Positions 1 through 10,151 of a DNA stretch of 64,000 nt are shown here, piece after piece (positions within the stretch are counted from its first letter, which is position 1; every line of letters begins with the position of its first letter). The position numbers and the translations under genes are program-made. Origin of the DNA: an uncultured Gemmatimonadales bacterium (GTDB lineage: Bacteria; Gemmatimonadota; Gemmatimonadetes; Gemmatimonadales; GWC2-71-9). The notes under the pieces are model-generated. The model worked only from the letters and a program-made list of their open reading frames with translations. It did no database searches and was not told the origin of the DNA. Location: assembly GCA_963730185.1 (NCBI GenBank), contig CAVSQW010000007.1, positions 384,001 to 448,000 on the forward strand, written 5' to 3'.

Positions 1-911
<911 letters not shown>

Positions 912-1021
912 ATCGTCTCGGTCGTGGCGCGGTGGTGCGGGCGCCGGTGGCACAGTGGACGTTGCAACATGGAACACGCCCCATGGTCGACAGGATGCGA
1001 AAGATCGGGGGGCGAGGCGGT

Positions 1022-1060
1022 CAGGGGAAGGGACGGGGAGGGCTCCCCGTCTCGCCCTGG
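1022..1060. repeat. Purine/pyrimidine hairpin with GACGGGGAG / CTCCCCGTC core
   Basis: Inverted repeat caggggaagggacggggag...ctccccgtctcgccctgg; same core recurs at 26878-26888 / 26958-26969. Confidence 0.6.
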
Positions 1061-1330
1061 TTCCGGCCGCGCGGCCTTGCGGGTGAGCCTCCGGGTCCGG
1101 CCGTCGATGTAGTTGCCCCGGTGCGACAGCACGCCGTCCCATCCGAGGGCCGAGGCGGGCCGGAGTTTGGCCGTCAAAGCCGTTATCGATCTTCGAGTTA
1201 GGTGCTGGTCGGGTGGGGCCGGGTCGATGAGGTACGAATCGTGCGCGACGGCATACCGTATCTCATGGTCTCGCAATGCCTTGCGAAACCGGGCCGTCAC
1301 TTCGGCCGAGATCACGGCTCACGCCGGAGC
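1050..1330 (-). pseudogene. nfo: Remnant of endonuclease IV (Nfo)
   Basis: [14 protein letters not shown]...[11 protein letters not shown]...[13 protein letters not shown] resembles Nfo HxxYLINLASPD...LG....HPG; N-terminus and C-terminal two thirds are missing and key residues have drifted. Confidence 0.65.
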
Positions 1331-1381
1331 GGTTCGAACGCGTGGTCATCAGGCCGGGTGCCTGGAGGAACGGGTTGGCAC

Positions 1382-2788
1382 GTGCATAGTCGGGTACTAT
1401 TGCTGGGTGATCCCAACGCGAGGCCGGACGGCCTGGAACGGGCGCTGATCCGGGCCGGGTTCTCGTTGGCCGAAGCGGAGCAGCTGCCTCCCGCGCCGGG
1501 AGACAGCGGGTCGCCCGACCTTACGATCCTCTCGATCGCTGAGGCCCAGGGCGACTGGGACACGTTGCTGATGCCGATTACGCACGAGGCGTGGCGGAGC
1601 GTCCCGACGATCGTGCTGCTTCCCCAGGGGCAGGCGGCCGCGGCCGCGCGGGCGCTCTCCCTGGGCGCCCGCGACGCGATGGTGGCGCCGATCCATCTGC
1701 CGGAACTGTCGGCCCGGGTGGTCGCCCGGCTCCGTGGCACCCGTGACGGCTTTCGGGCGACCTCGTCGTCCAACTCGCAGGCGCAGCTCTTTGCCGTCTT
1801 CAAGAACATCGCGCTCGCGGCCCGCCCCGAAGAGATGATCCAGATCCTGGTGCGCGGGGTCGCGGAATCGCTCGGGGTGGGTCATTGCGCCTGTCTCTTG
1901 CCGCTCGACCCGGAGCGCGGGCGTGCGGTCGCGGTGGCCGAGCAGCCGGACGTCCGGGCGACCGAAGTGCCCTTGAGCGAGTATCCCGAGGTGCGCCATG
2001 CGGCGGCCGTCGGGCGGACGGCCTACATCCCGAGCGTCACCGATCACCCGCTCTTCGAGCGCCTGGTGGGATCGGGGCGGGACTCCCTGGCGGGGTTTCT
2101 GCCCTCGAGCGCGGTTGCCGTGCCGATGGGCTTTCAGGGACGGAACGTGGGTTTCCTCGTGCTCCGGACCCGGATCACCGACGCGGTGCTGTCGGTGGAC
2201 GACGTCGCCTTCACGGAGACCCTGGTCGCGGCGACCACCCGGCTTCTGGAGCACGAGGAGCGGCGGGCCACGCTCTATCGGCGGCAGGCCAGCGCCGGGG
2301 TGATCGATCCGCTCACCGGGTGCGGCGGGCTCGACGCCCTGGAGCGGCGGCTCCGCGAGGAGATGCAGCGTTCGGAACGCTACGCCCGTCGCTTCACGGT
2401 GGCGATCGTCGACGTGAAGGGGCTCCGGTTCCTGAACCAGCGGAGCGGGGTGGAGGCGGGCGACCGGGTTCTGACCGAGCTGGGCGGGCTCTTCCAGCGC
2501 GAGCTCCGGTCGCCGGACTTCGTGGCCCGCTACGGTGGCGACGTGTTTGCCCTGATCCTGCCCGAGACCGACGAGCGAGGTGGGCGGGAGACCCTGACTC
2601 GGCTCCGGCGGGCCATTGCCCGGCACACCTTCCCGGACCTCGGGACGGCACCGCTCGAAGTCGAAGCCGGCTTCGCCAGCTACCCGATGGAGGGAGCCTT
2701 CCAGCCCAACGATCTGCTGGCCGCGGCCGAAGCGTCGCTCACGGCGGCCGTCGGGAGTCGCCCTTCCGGCGCGGAGGACGCGGCTTGA
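1382..2788 (+). CDS. REC-like + GAF + degenerate GGDEF protein
   Basis: Receiver-like N-terminus (PDLTILSI, GARDAMVAP), GAF (SAVAVPM...VGFLVL), DPLTG...RSPDFVARYGGDVF; GTG start at 1382 inferred. Confidence 0.85.
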   Translation: MHSRVLLLGDPNARPDGLERALIRAGFSLAEAEQLPPAPGDSGSPDLTILSIAEAQGDWDTLLMPITHEAWRSVPTIVLLPQGQAAAAARALSLGARDAMVAPIHLPELSARVVARLRGTRDGFRATSSSNSQAQLFAVFKNIALAARPEEMIQILVRGVAESLGVGHCACLLPLDPERGRAVAVAEQPDVRATEVPLSEYPEVRHAAAVGRTAYIPSVTDHPLFERLVGSGRDSLAGFLPSSAVAVPMGFQGRNVGFLVLRTRITDAVLSVDDVAFTETLVAATTRLLEHEERRATLYRRQASAGVIDPLTGCGGLDALERRLREEMQRSERYARRFTVAIVDVKGLRFLNQRSGVEAGDRVLTELGGLFQRELRSPDFVARYGGDVFALILPETDERGGRETLTRLRRAIARHTFPDLGTAPLEVEAGFASYPMEGAFQPNDLLAAAEASLTAAVGSRPSGAEDAA

Positions 2789-2792
2789 CGCT

Positions 2793-4058
2793 CTAGTTCC
2801 GGCGGCGGAGCCAGTCGGTGGGGTCGAGGGCGATCTGGTTCTCGCCCCGGATCTCGAAGTAGAGGTGGGGCCCGTCGGGCGTGTTGCTGCCGCCGACGGT
2901 GCCGATCGTCTGGCCTTTGGCGACCGAGGCGCCCACCTGCACGCTGGCCGTGCTGAGCTGCATGTAGAGCGAGTAGTATCCCGTCGAGTGCTCGAGAATC
3001 ACCGAGAGCCCATAGGTCCCGAGTCGCTGGACCAGGACCACGTTGCCGTCCGCCACCGCGGTCACCTGGCTGCCGGCCGAGGCCGCGATGCTGATCCCGT
3101 GGCGGGTGATCTTGCCGCCGCTGGCCAGGGTGTCGGGACCGAAGGTGTGGATGATCCGCCCCTCCACCGGCCAGTCGAGCCGGCCGATGTCGCGGGTGGA
3201 GAGCCCGCGCTCTGCGGCGCTCCGGCTGTTGCTGGCGGCGGGGGCGCTCTTTCGGGCCCGCTCCAGCGAGGCGAGCACGTCGATCAGGTTCTCTTCGTCC
3301 TTGGCCAGATCGCTCAGGCGCCGGGCGGTGCTGGCGCTGGTCCGCCTGAGCTGGCGGATCTTCTGGGACCGTTCCTGGGCCAGCTCTTTGTAGCTCGCCA
3401 GCTCGGTTTCCCGCTCGTGCCGCCGGCGGTCGAGCTGATCCTGCACCCGGACCAGCTCCCCGCGCTGGTTTTGGATCCGGTTCCGGAGGCGTTCCACGTC
3501 GATCACCACCGCCCGGTCCTGCCGGCTGGTCAGGAAGAGGTACTTGTAGCGGGAGAGCAGGTCGCCGAACGATTCGGCCGAGAGCAGGACCTTGAAGGTG
3601 TAGAGCGGACCCCGCTTGTAGATCTCCACCAGTCGCCGTTCCAGGACCGCCCGTCGCTCGGCCAGGTTGTCCTCGGCCAGCGCCAGCTGGGTGCTGGCGT
3701 CGTCGAGCTGGGTGCCGAGGCCGCCGATCTGCCGCTCCAGCTCGTTGACGATCCGGTTGGTCGTTTCGCGCTGCCGTTCCAGGTTGTCGAGCTCCCGGCC
3801 GGCATCGCGTACCTGGCTCTGGAGGCGCTCCTGCTCCTGGCGGAGCCGCTCGCGCTCGGCCCGGATCTGCTCCAGCCGCTGCCGGCTCTTGTCGAGGTCC
3901 TGCTGGGCGGTCAGGCGGGGGGCCACGGTCGCGAGCGCAAGGCCGGCCAGGATCGCGGCCAGCGCGGCCGGACGCCAGCGCCGCCTCCGACCCGCTCCCG
4001 TCCGGGGTCCGGCCGGGAGCGTTCCGCTGGCGCGGTCGCGAGCCGTCGGCGCCGCCAT
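2793..4058 (-). CDS. envC: Murein hydrolase activator EnvC (coiled coil + degenerate M23/LytM)
   Basis: Signal region, long coiled coil, LDWPVEG...HGISI...YMQL...PHLYFEIR with Zn ligands lost; follows ftsEX. Confidence 0.85.
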   Translation of the reverse strand: MAAPTARDRASGTLPAGPRTGAGRRRRWRPAALAAILAGLALATVAPRLTAQQDLDKSRQRLEQIRAERERLRQEQERLQSQVRDAGRELDNLERQRETTNRIVNELERQIGGLGTQLDDASTQLALAEDNLAERRAVLERRLVEIYKRGPLYTFKVLLSAESFGDLLSRYKYLFLTSRQDRAVVIDVERLRNRIQNQRGELVRVQDQLDRRRHERETELASYKELAQERSQKIRQLRRTSASTARRLSDLAKDEENLIDVLASLERARKSAPAASNSRSAAERGLSTRDIGRLDWPVEGRIIHTFGPDTLASGGKITRHGISIAASAGSQVTAVADGNVVLVQRLGTYGLSVILEHSTGYYSLYMQLSTASVQVGASVAKGQTIGTVGGSNTPDGPHLYFEIRGENQIALDPTDWLRRRN

Positions 4059-4068
4059 TGCCCGGGGC

Positions 4069-4944
4069 TCAGACGTTCCGGAGATGTCGGCCCACGCTGA
4101 GCACGCTCCCGCCCAGCCCGATGACCGTGCCGAAGACGAGCGCCATGATCAGCTCGCCGGTGGAGAAGAACACCAGGGGAGACCCGGCCGTGGCCGCACT
4201 CTTCCGAAAGATCACGAAGGTGATCCAGCACATCAGGATGGCGAGCCCGCCACCGAGTACGCCCTTGACCGCGCCTTCGATCAGGAACGGCCCCCGGATG
4301 TAGGAGTTGGTGGCTCCGACCAGCCGCATGATCGCGATCTCCGTGGCCCGCTGGAGCACCGTGATCCGGATCGTCACCCCGATGATCACCACCGCCACCG
4401 CCGCGAATGCCAGGCCGATCACCAGCCCGACCACCCCGGCCATGTTCCGGAGCCGGTCCAGGCGCTCCACCCAGTCGCGACCGTAGCGGACGTCCTCGAT
4501 GAAGGGAAAGCCGCGGAGCCGCTCCGCCACCTGCCGAGCGTGCTCGGCGTCGCGAAAGCCGGGCTTGAGCCGGATCTCGAACGAGGCCGGCAGGGGATTG
4601 ATCTCGAGGTCCCGGAAGGCGTCCTGGAACTCCACCAGCTCCTGACGGGCCCGGGCCAGGGCCTGGTCCGCGTTGACGTACTTGATGTCGAGGACCTCGG
4701 GGAAGGCCGCGATGTCCGTGGAGGCGGTGCTGATGGTCTCGGTCGGCGTTCCCCGGAGCACGAAGGCCACCACCTCGACCCGCTCGGCCAGGGTGTGGAG
4801 CGCTTCCCGGAAGTTGATCGCCACCAGCCCGAAGAGGCCGATCGTGAAGAGCGAAAAGGCGATCGACGCGACCGAGAGCCCCGAGAGGAGCGGGGTCCGC
4901 TTGAAGGTGAGCAGCGCCTCGCGGAGGGGGCTCCTCCGTCTCAC
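4069..4944 (-). CDS. ftsX: Cell division permease FtsX
   Basis: NPLPASFEI and EIAIMRLVGAT...IRGPFLIEG motifs; four TM segments. Confidence 0.93.
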   Translation of the reverse strand: MRRRSPLREALLTFKRTPLLSGLSVASIAFSLFTIGLFGLVAINFREALHTLAERVEVVAFVLRGTPTETISTASTDIAAFPEVLDIKYVNADQALARARQELVEFQDAFRDLEINPLPASFEIRLKPGFRDAEHARQVAERLRGFPFIEDVRYGRDWVERLDRLRNMAGVVGLVIGLAFAAVAVVIIGVTIRITVLQRATEIAIMRLVGATNSYIRGPFLIEGAVKGVLGGGLAILMCWITFVIFRKSAATAGSPLVFFSTGELIMALVFGTVIGLGGSVLSVGRHLRNV

Positions 4945-5627
4945 GCGAAGCCTCCCCCGACGTCGACGCTCGAGTCGTAGACGATCTCGCCGCCCTTGAG
5001 CTCGACCACCCGATAGCCCGTGTCGCGGACCAGCTCCATGTCGTGAGTCGCCATGACCACCACCGTTCCGCCTCCGTTGATCTCGCGCAGCAGCTGGAAG
5101 ATGCCCCGGGTGGCGCGCTCGTCGAGGTTCCCGGTGGGCTCGTCCGCGATCAGGATGTGAGGGTCGTTCACCAGCGCTCGGGCGATGGCGACCCGCTGCT
5201 GCTCGCCGCCCGAGAGCTCCTTCGGGTGCGACCGGGCCTTGGAGGCGAGCCCCACCTGGGTCAGGGCCCGCATCACCCGATTCGGGATCGTCTCCCGGCG
5301 GGCCCCGGTCACCTCGAGCGCGAAGGCGACGTTCTCTTCCACTGTGTGATACTCGAGCAGCCGAAAATCCTGGAAGACCACCCCGAGCCGGCGCCGGAGC
5401 CGGGGAATGTCCTTGGGGCCCAGCTTGCTGACGTGGTAGCCCGAGACCCGAACCTCGCCGGAGGTCGGCTTCTGCTCGGCATAGAGCATCGCCAGCACGG
5501 TGGACTTCCCCGCCCCCGAGTGGCCGGTCAGGAAGACGAACTCGCCCTTCGGGATGTGGAACGAGACGTTCCGGAGCCCGACCACGCCGTTGGGAAAGAG
5601 CTTGGAGACGCCCGTGAACTTGATCAT
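4941..5627 (-). CDS. ftsE: Cell division ATP-binding protein FtsE
   Basis: GHSGAGKST, LRRRLGVVFQDFRLL, LSGGEQQRVAIARA, ADEPTGNLD; start MIKFTGVSK at 5627. Confidence 0.93.
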   Translation of the reverse strand: MIKFTGVSKLFPNGVVGLRNVSFHIPKGEFVFLTGHSGAGKSTVLAMLYAEQKPTSGEVRVSGYHVSKLGPKDIPRLRRRLGVVFQDFRLLEYHTVEENVAFALEVTGARRETIPNRVMRALTQVGLASKARSHPKELSGGEQQRVAIARALVNDPHILIADEPTGNLDERATRGIFQLLREINGGGTVVVMATHDMELVRDTGYRVVELKGGEIVYDSSVDVGGGFA

Positions 5628-6781
5628 GGCCCCGCCAGCGCCTGGGCCAGGTCGTCGATCAGATCGGCCGGGTCCTCGACGCCGCAACTCAGTCGGACGA
5701 AGCCGTCGTCGATTCCCATCGCCCGCCGGCCGTCGGCGTCGAGTCCGGCGTGGGAGGTGAGCCGGGGCTCGGAGACCAGGCTCTCCACCCCGGCCAGGCT
5801 GGGCGCGTGGGTGAAGATCCGGAGCCGCCGGAGGAAGCGCTCCGCGGCGCTGGTGCCGCCCTCGATCACCAGGCCGACCATGCCGCCGAATCCGTCCAGC
5901 ACCCGGGCGGCGATCTCGTGATCGGGATGCCCGGGCAGGCCAGGGTAGTGCACGGCGGCGACCCGTTCGTGCTCCGCCGCCCACCCGGCCACCGCGAGGC
6001 CGTTGGCGTTCTGCCGCTCCATTCGGATGGCGAGGGTCTTCAGGCCCCGGTCCAGGAGCCAGGCCGCCTCGGGATCGATCGCGGAGCCCCAGGAGCGCAT
6101 CAGGCGGACCACCTCGTCGATCAGCGATTGGGTGCCGGCCACCGCGCCGGCCGTCACGTCGCTGTGCCCGTTGAGGTACTTGGTCCCGCTGGTGATGACC
6201 ACGTCGGCGCCGTGCTCGATCGGTCGGAAGTTGATCGGGCTTGCGAAGGTGGAGTCCACCAGCAGGGCCAGCCCGTACTCCTTGGCGATCTGAGCCACCG
6301 GCACCGGATCGATCACCCGCATCGTGGGATTGGTGGGCGACTCGAAGAAGATGGCCCGGGTGTTTGCGGTGACGCCCCGGCGCCATTCGCGGGGATGATT
6401 GGGGTCCACGTAGCCCACCGTGATCCCCAGCCGGCCGAACTCCTCGTCGAAGAGCTTCCGGGTGCCGCCGTAGATCCAGGAACTGGTGATCAGGCGGTCG
6501 CCCGGACGGAGCACCGCCAGATGGGCCAGCGCCGTCGCCGCCATCCCGCTCCCCAGGAGCACGGCGCCCTCGGCGCCCTCGAGGAGGGCGTACTTCCGGG
6601 CCACGCTCAGTTGGTTGGGGGTGTTGCCGTACCGGGCGTACATCACTTCCAGGTCGGAGCCCACCGCGTTGACGTACGTGGTGGACCGGATCAACGGGGC
6701 CACCACCGGCTCGTCGGGATGGTGCCGCTGGAGGTGTCCGTGCACGGACACGGTCGATCGTCCCAGCTGGCGGCCGCTCAT
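5624..6781 (-). CDS. Cys/Met metabolism PLP enzyme (cystathionine gamma-lyase/synthase family)
   Basis: YARYGNTP, GSGMAA, ESPTNP, VDSTFASP, SGTKYLNGHSD. Confidence 0.9.
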   Translation of the reverse strand: MSGRQLGRSTVSVHGHLQRHHPDEPVVAPLIRSTTYVNAVGSDLEVMYARYGNTPNQLSVARKYALLEGAEGAVLLGSGMAATALAHLAVLRPGDRLITSSWIYGGTRKLFDEEFGRLGITVGYVDPNHPREWRRGVTANTRAIFFESPTNPTMRVIDPVPVAQIAKEYGLALLVDSTFASPINFRPIEHGADVVITSGTKYLNGHSDVTAGAVAGTQSLIDEVVRLMRSWGSAIDPEAAWLLDRGLKTLAIRMERQNANGLAVAGWAAEHERVAAVHYPGLPGHPDHEIAARVLDGFGGMVGLVIEGGTSAAERFLRRLRIFTHAPSLAGVESLVSEPRLTSHAGLDADGRRAMGIDDGFVRLSCGVEDPADLIDDLAQALAGP

Positions 6782-7320
6782 GCGGTGGGTAACGGACGGA
6801 AGGTTCCCGACGCGGCCTGCACCAGCCCGCGGAGGGCGAGCGACTGGAGCGCGTCGGCGGCCCGCTCGATGGTCCAGCCCAACTCGTCGGCCAGCCGGCC
6901 GGCGTCACCGGGGCCGATCCGGTTCGCCGCCTCGAACGCGGCCACCAGGTCGGGGGTCCGCCAGCCGACCATGCAGGGCGGCGCCTCGGGCCCGGCGGAC
7001 GCGATCACGGTCAGGTGGTGCGTCTCGAGCACGTGCTCGATCGCCTCGAGGTGCGACTCGCCCACGTTCACCAGCACCACGAAGCGGGGGCGGTCGCGCT
7101 CCCCGTTCAGGATCAGCTTGGCGACCACTTCGTCGGCGCAGCTGAAATCGAGCAGGCCGATGGCGTCGAAATCGAGCTGCGCGGTAGGATGGGGGCTGGC
7201 CGCGATCCGGGCCTCGATTCGGCCCCGGACCGCCGCGCCGGTCGACCGGGTCACCAGATCGGAATAGGGAGTGGTCACGGTCTCGCGGAGTAGCCGGGCC
7301 AGCTCGATTCGCTCCATCAT
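6778..7320 (-). CDS. STAS-like (DUF4325-like) domain + C-terminal winged HTH protein
   Basis: LVTRSTGAAVR...LDFDAIGLLDFSCADEVV; C-terminal DAGRLADELGWTIERAADALQSLALRGLV. Confidence 0.65.
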   Translation of the reverse strand: MMERIELARLLRETVTTPYSDLVTRSTGAAVRGRIEARIAASPHPTAQLDFDAIGLLDFSCADEVVAKLILNGERDRPRFVVLVNVGESHLEAIEHVLETHHLTVIASAGPEAPPCMVGWRTPDLVAAFEAANRIGPGDAGRLADELGWTIERAADALQSLALRGLVQAASGTFRPLPTA

Positions 7321-8219
7321 CGGCCGTGCGCCTCCTGAGCGGGAATGGTGAGGGCGAGCTGTGAGCCCGGGAAGAACGGCAGCTGCTCGGCCAGGGGGAC
7401 GTCGTCGTCCCAATCGGGCACGACAGCCAGTCGGGCCGTGCCGCTCCGGATCGAGATCTTGCCGTGCCAGCGGAGCAGGTAGCGCTTGATGCCCGCCAGG
7501 CCCTGTCCCCGTCCTGGGTCGCGGAACCGGCTCACGCCGTGTAATAGGGCCGATTCGAGCGCGGCGCCGTCGCCCCAACGCTCGCCGACCTTCCGGGCCT
7601 CGGTGCTCTCGAGCGAGCGGCGAAAGCCGATGCCGGCGTCGCTCACCGCGATCACGACCACTTTTCGCCCTAATCGCCGACGCCAGAGATAGGTCTGGAC
7701 CGCGACCCATCCGCCCGTGCCGGCATGCTCCACAATATTCTGACATGCCTCCGAGAGCGCCATCGCGAAGCCCATCGTGGCCTTCGCCTCCAGCTTGAGC
7801 TCCGAGGTAAGGATCCGCACCGCGCTTTCCTGGACCCGTCCCACGACCTGGTGAACGTCTTCCGCCGCTTTGACGGCGGTGACCGGAAGCAAGACATCCG
7901 ACGGGGCATCCTCGGCTCGTCTAGGAATCTTGCCAACCAGGTCGAAATACTCCACCGCATGGCCGAAGAAGCCGGCTCGGCTCCAGTACGACCGAGTGTC
8001 GTCGTGCTCGGGCACGGTGAACCGGGGCTTGGGCAGGCCGAGCTCGGCGATGGCCTGGCCCACCGTGAGGAGGGCGGTGAGCCCATACGGCGAGGCCCAC
8101 TGCGTGCCCCGGGCATCGAGGAGGAGCCGCTCCGCCGGCGGCCAGTCACCGAAGCCCATCGCCAGCTGGTCGAGGGAGCGATCGTCGAGCGAAGTCGGCA
8201 CGGGCACGACGTGCATCAT
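7317..8219 (-). CDS. STAS-like + HATPase_c (anti-sigma-kinase-like) ATP-binding protein
   Basis: N box LSEACQNIVEHA, G1 VSDAGIG, G2 GRGQGLAG; no HisKA H box; N-terminal LLLDARGTQWASPYG. Confidence 0.75.
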   Translation of the reverse strand: MMHVVPVPTSLDDRSLDQLAMGFGDWPPAERLLLDARGTQWASPYGLTALLTVGQAIAELGLPKPRFTVPEHDDTRSYWSRAGFFGHAVEYFDLVGKIPRRAEDAPSDVLLPVTAVKAAEDVHQVVGRVQESAVRILTSELKLEAKATMGFAMALSEACQNIVEHAGTGGWVAVQTYLWRRRLGRKVVVIAVSDAGIGFRRSLESTEARKVGERWGDGAALESALLHGVSRFRDPGRGQGLAGIKRYLLRWHGKISIRSGTARLAVVPDWDDDVPLAEQLPFFPGSQLALTIPAQEAHGR

Positions 8220-9181
8220 GGCGTCACCAGCGATCCGCGAAGATGGGACGCGAGGCCCGAGGCCCCGCGGAAGGTGGCATTCCGGGCGGCGGCCTGCGAC
8301 GCCCGCTTGACCGCGACCTCGATCGTCGCCCCGCCGAGGAGGTGCGCGAACGCCGTCGCGCCGAACACGTCGCCGCACCCGGTCGGGTCGATGGCGTCGA
8401 CCGCGGGGGCCGCGAGCCGGGCGGTCCGAACCGCCAATCCAGTCCGTCCCGCCGCCCGCCCGTCGGCGCGTCCGTCCCCGAGCCGGGCGAACCCGGGCGC
8501 CGCCAGGTAGACCGCGCCCTGCGGTCCCAGGGTCACCAGCAGGGCCGACACGCCCCGGTCCAGCATCCCGGTGGCGAGGCCGAGCGGATCGACCGAGAGC
8601 TCGCGCATCTCGTCCTCGTTGACCTGAATCAGGTCGAAGCACGCGAACCAGCTCGGGGCATCGGGGAGCGGCTGGAGGCTCCGGAGCCCGTCGCCGCCCA
8701 TCCCGAGGAGGAGGCTGTGGAGATCGGCGTAGATCCAGCCCCCGAACCCCTGGCGCAGCGCCACCGCGGTCCCGAGCCCGAGCTCGAAGCCGGAGATGAA
8801 GTTCAGGTAGAGGGCGTCGAGGTCGCCCACCATCGGTCCCAACTCCTCCCAGCTCCAGGGCGGCACCCCGCCCGACATCCGCTCGCAGCGCCGCTCGCTC
8901 GATTGATAGCGGAGCACCACCCGGTTGTTGGGGGTCGGCACGATGGTGAAGCGGGCGGTCGGGGCGGCCCGGGTCAGGGTTCGGAGAAAGCGGTCGGCCG
9001 GCTCGGCCAGGTCGCGTCCCACCTTGATGACCGGGACCAGCTCCCAGTCGGAGGGCAGCGCCGCGTCGAGACCGGCCAGGGCGTAGGCGATGCCGCCCCA
9101 CTCCTCGACCGGCGGCGCGGCCGGGTCACGTCCGTGGATCTCGTCCCAGACCAGGGACCCGATCACGCCGACCCTAGGCAT
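8216..9181 (-). CDS. PfkB-family carbohydrate kinase
   Basis: VIGSLVWD, QVNEDE, VTLGPQG, IDPTGCGDVF. Confidence 0.88.
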   Translation of the reverse strand: MPRVGVIGSLVWDEIHGRDPAAPPVEEWGGIAYALAGLDAALPSDWELVPVIKVGRDLAEPADRFLRTLTRAAPTARFTIVPTPNNRVVLRYQSSERRCERMSGGVPPWSWEELGPMVGDLDALYLNFISGFELGLGTAVALRQGFGGWIYADLHSLLLGMGGDGLRSLQPLPDAPSWFACFDLIQVNEDEMRELSVDPLGLATGMLDRGVSALLVTLGPQGAVYLAAPGFARLGDGRADGRAAGRTGLAVRTARLAAPAVDAIDPTGCGDVFGATAFAHLLGGATIEVAVKRASQAAARNATFRGASGLASHLRGSLVTP

Positions 9182-10142
9182 GCGCCTCGAGGAAGATCCG
9201 CGCCGCTCCCACCACGCCGGCCGTGCCCGGGAGCTCGCCCGGCACGATCCGGCAGGCCTGGACCGCGGGCTTGAAGGCCCGGCGGGCCACCTCCCGGCGG
9301 AGCGGCCCGAAGAGTCGGTCGCCGGCTCGGGTGACGCCCCCGCAGATCACCACGACCTCCGGATTCAGGATGTTGATCAGGTTGGCGACGCCGGTGCCGA
9401 GATACCGGGCCGTGTCCTGCACCACCTCGAGCGCCAGGGGATCGCCGTCGGCCGCGGCCTCGTAGACCGTCTGGGCCGTGATCCGGGACGGGTCGTTGCC
9501 GGCGATCAGGGCGAGGACGGTCTCGGCCCCGGCCTCGATCGCCTCGACCGCCCGTCGAGCGATGGCCGGGCCCGAGGCGTAGGCCTCGAGGCAGCCGTCG
9601 TTGCCGCAGCTGCACCGCCGCCCGTTGGTGTCGATGGTGATGTGGCCGATCTCGCCGGCCACGTCGGAGGCGCCGTGGTAGAGCTTGCCGTCGATGATCA
9701 GCCCACCGCCGACCCCAGTGCCGAGGGTGAACGCCACGGCGTGACGGGCGCCCCGCGCGGCACCGAGCCACCATTCACCCATCAAGGCGCAGTTGGCGTC
9801 GTTGTCGAGGCTGGCGGGCAGGGCGAGCCGGGTCGAGATCCGGTCCCGAAGGGGCATGTTGGACCAGCCCAGATTCGGCGTCAGGATCACCACCCCGCTC
9901 CGGGTGTCGAGCGGTCCCGGCGAGCCGATCCCGGCCCCGGCGATCTTGGCGGCCGGGTCGACCCGGCGGGTGGCGGCGATGCTGGCCTGGGCCATCGTCA
10001 CGATCCGGTCCACCACCGCGTCGGCCCCGTGGGCGGCCCCGGTGGGTTCGGTGTGGAGGCCCTCCACCCGGGAGCCGTCCTCGGCCACGGCCCCGACCAC
10101 CAGGTTGGTGCCTCCGATGTCGATCCCCAGCACGTAGCGCAT
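9174..10142 (-). CDS. ROK-family kinase (glucokinase-like)
   Basis: GIDIGGT, DNDAN, TLGTGVGGG, GEIGH...CSCGNDGCLE. Confidence 0.92.
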   Translation of the reverse strand: MRYVLGIDIGGTNLVVGAVAEDGSRVEGLHTEPTGAAHGADAVVDRIVTMAQASIAATRRVDPAAKIAGAGIGSPGPLDTRSGVVILTPNLGWSNMPLRDRISTRLALPASLDNDANCALMGEWWLGAARGARHAVAFTLGTGVGGGLIIDGKLYHGASDVAGEIGHITIDTNGRRCSCGNDGCLEAYASGPAIARRAVEAIEAGAETVLALIAGNDPSRITAQTVYEAAADGDPLALEVVQDTARYLGTGVANLINILNPEVVVICGGVTRAGDRLFGPLRREVARRAFKPAVQACRIVPGELPGTAGVVGAARIFLEAHA

Positions 10143-10151
10143 GGTCCCCGC

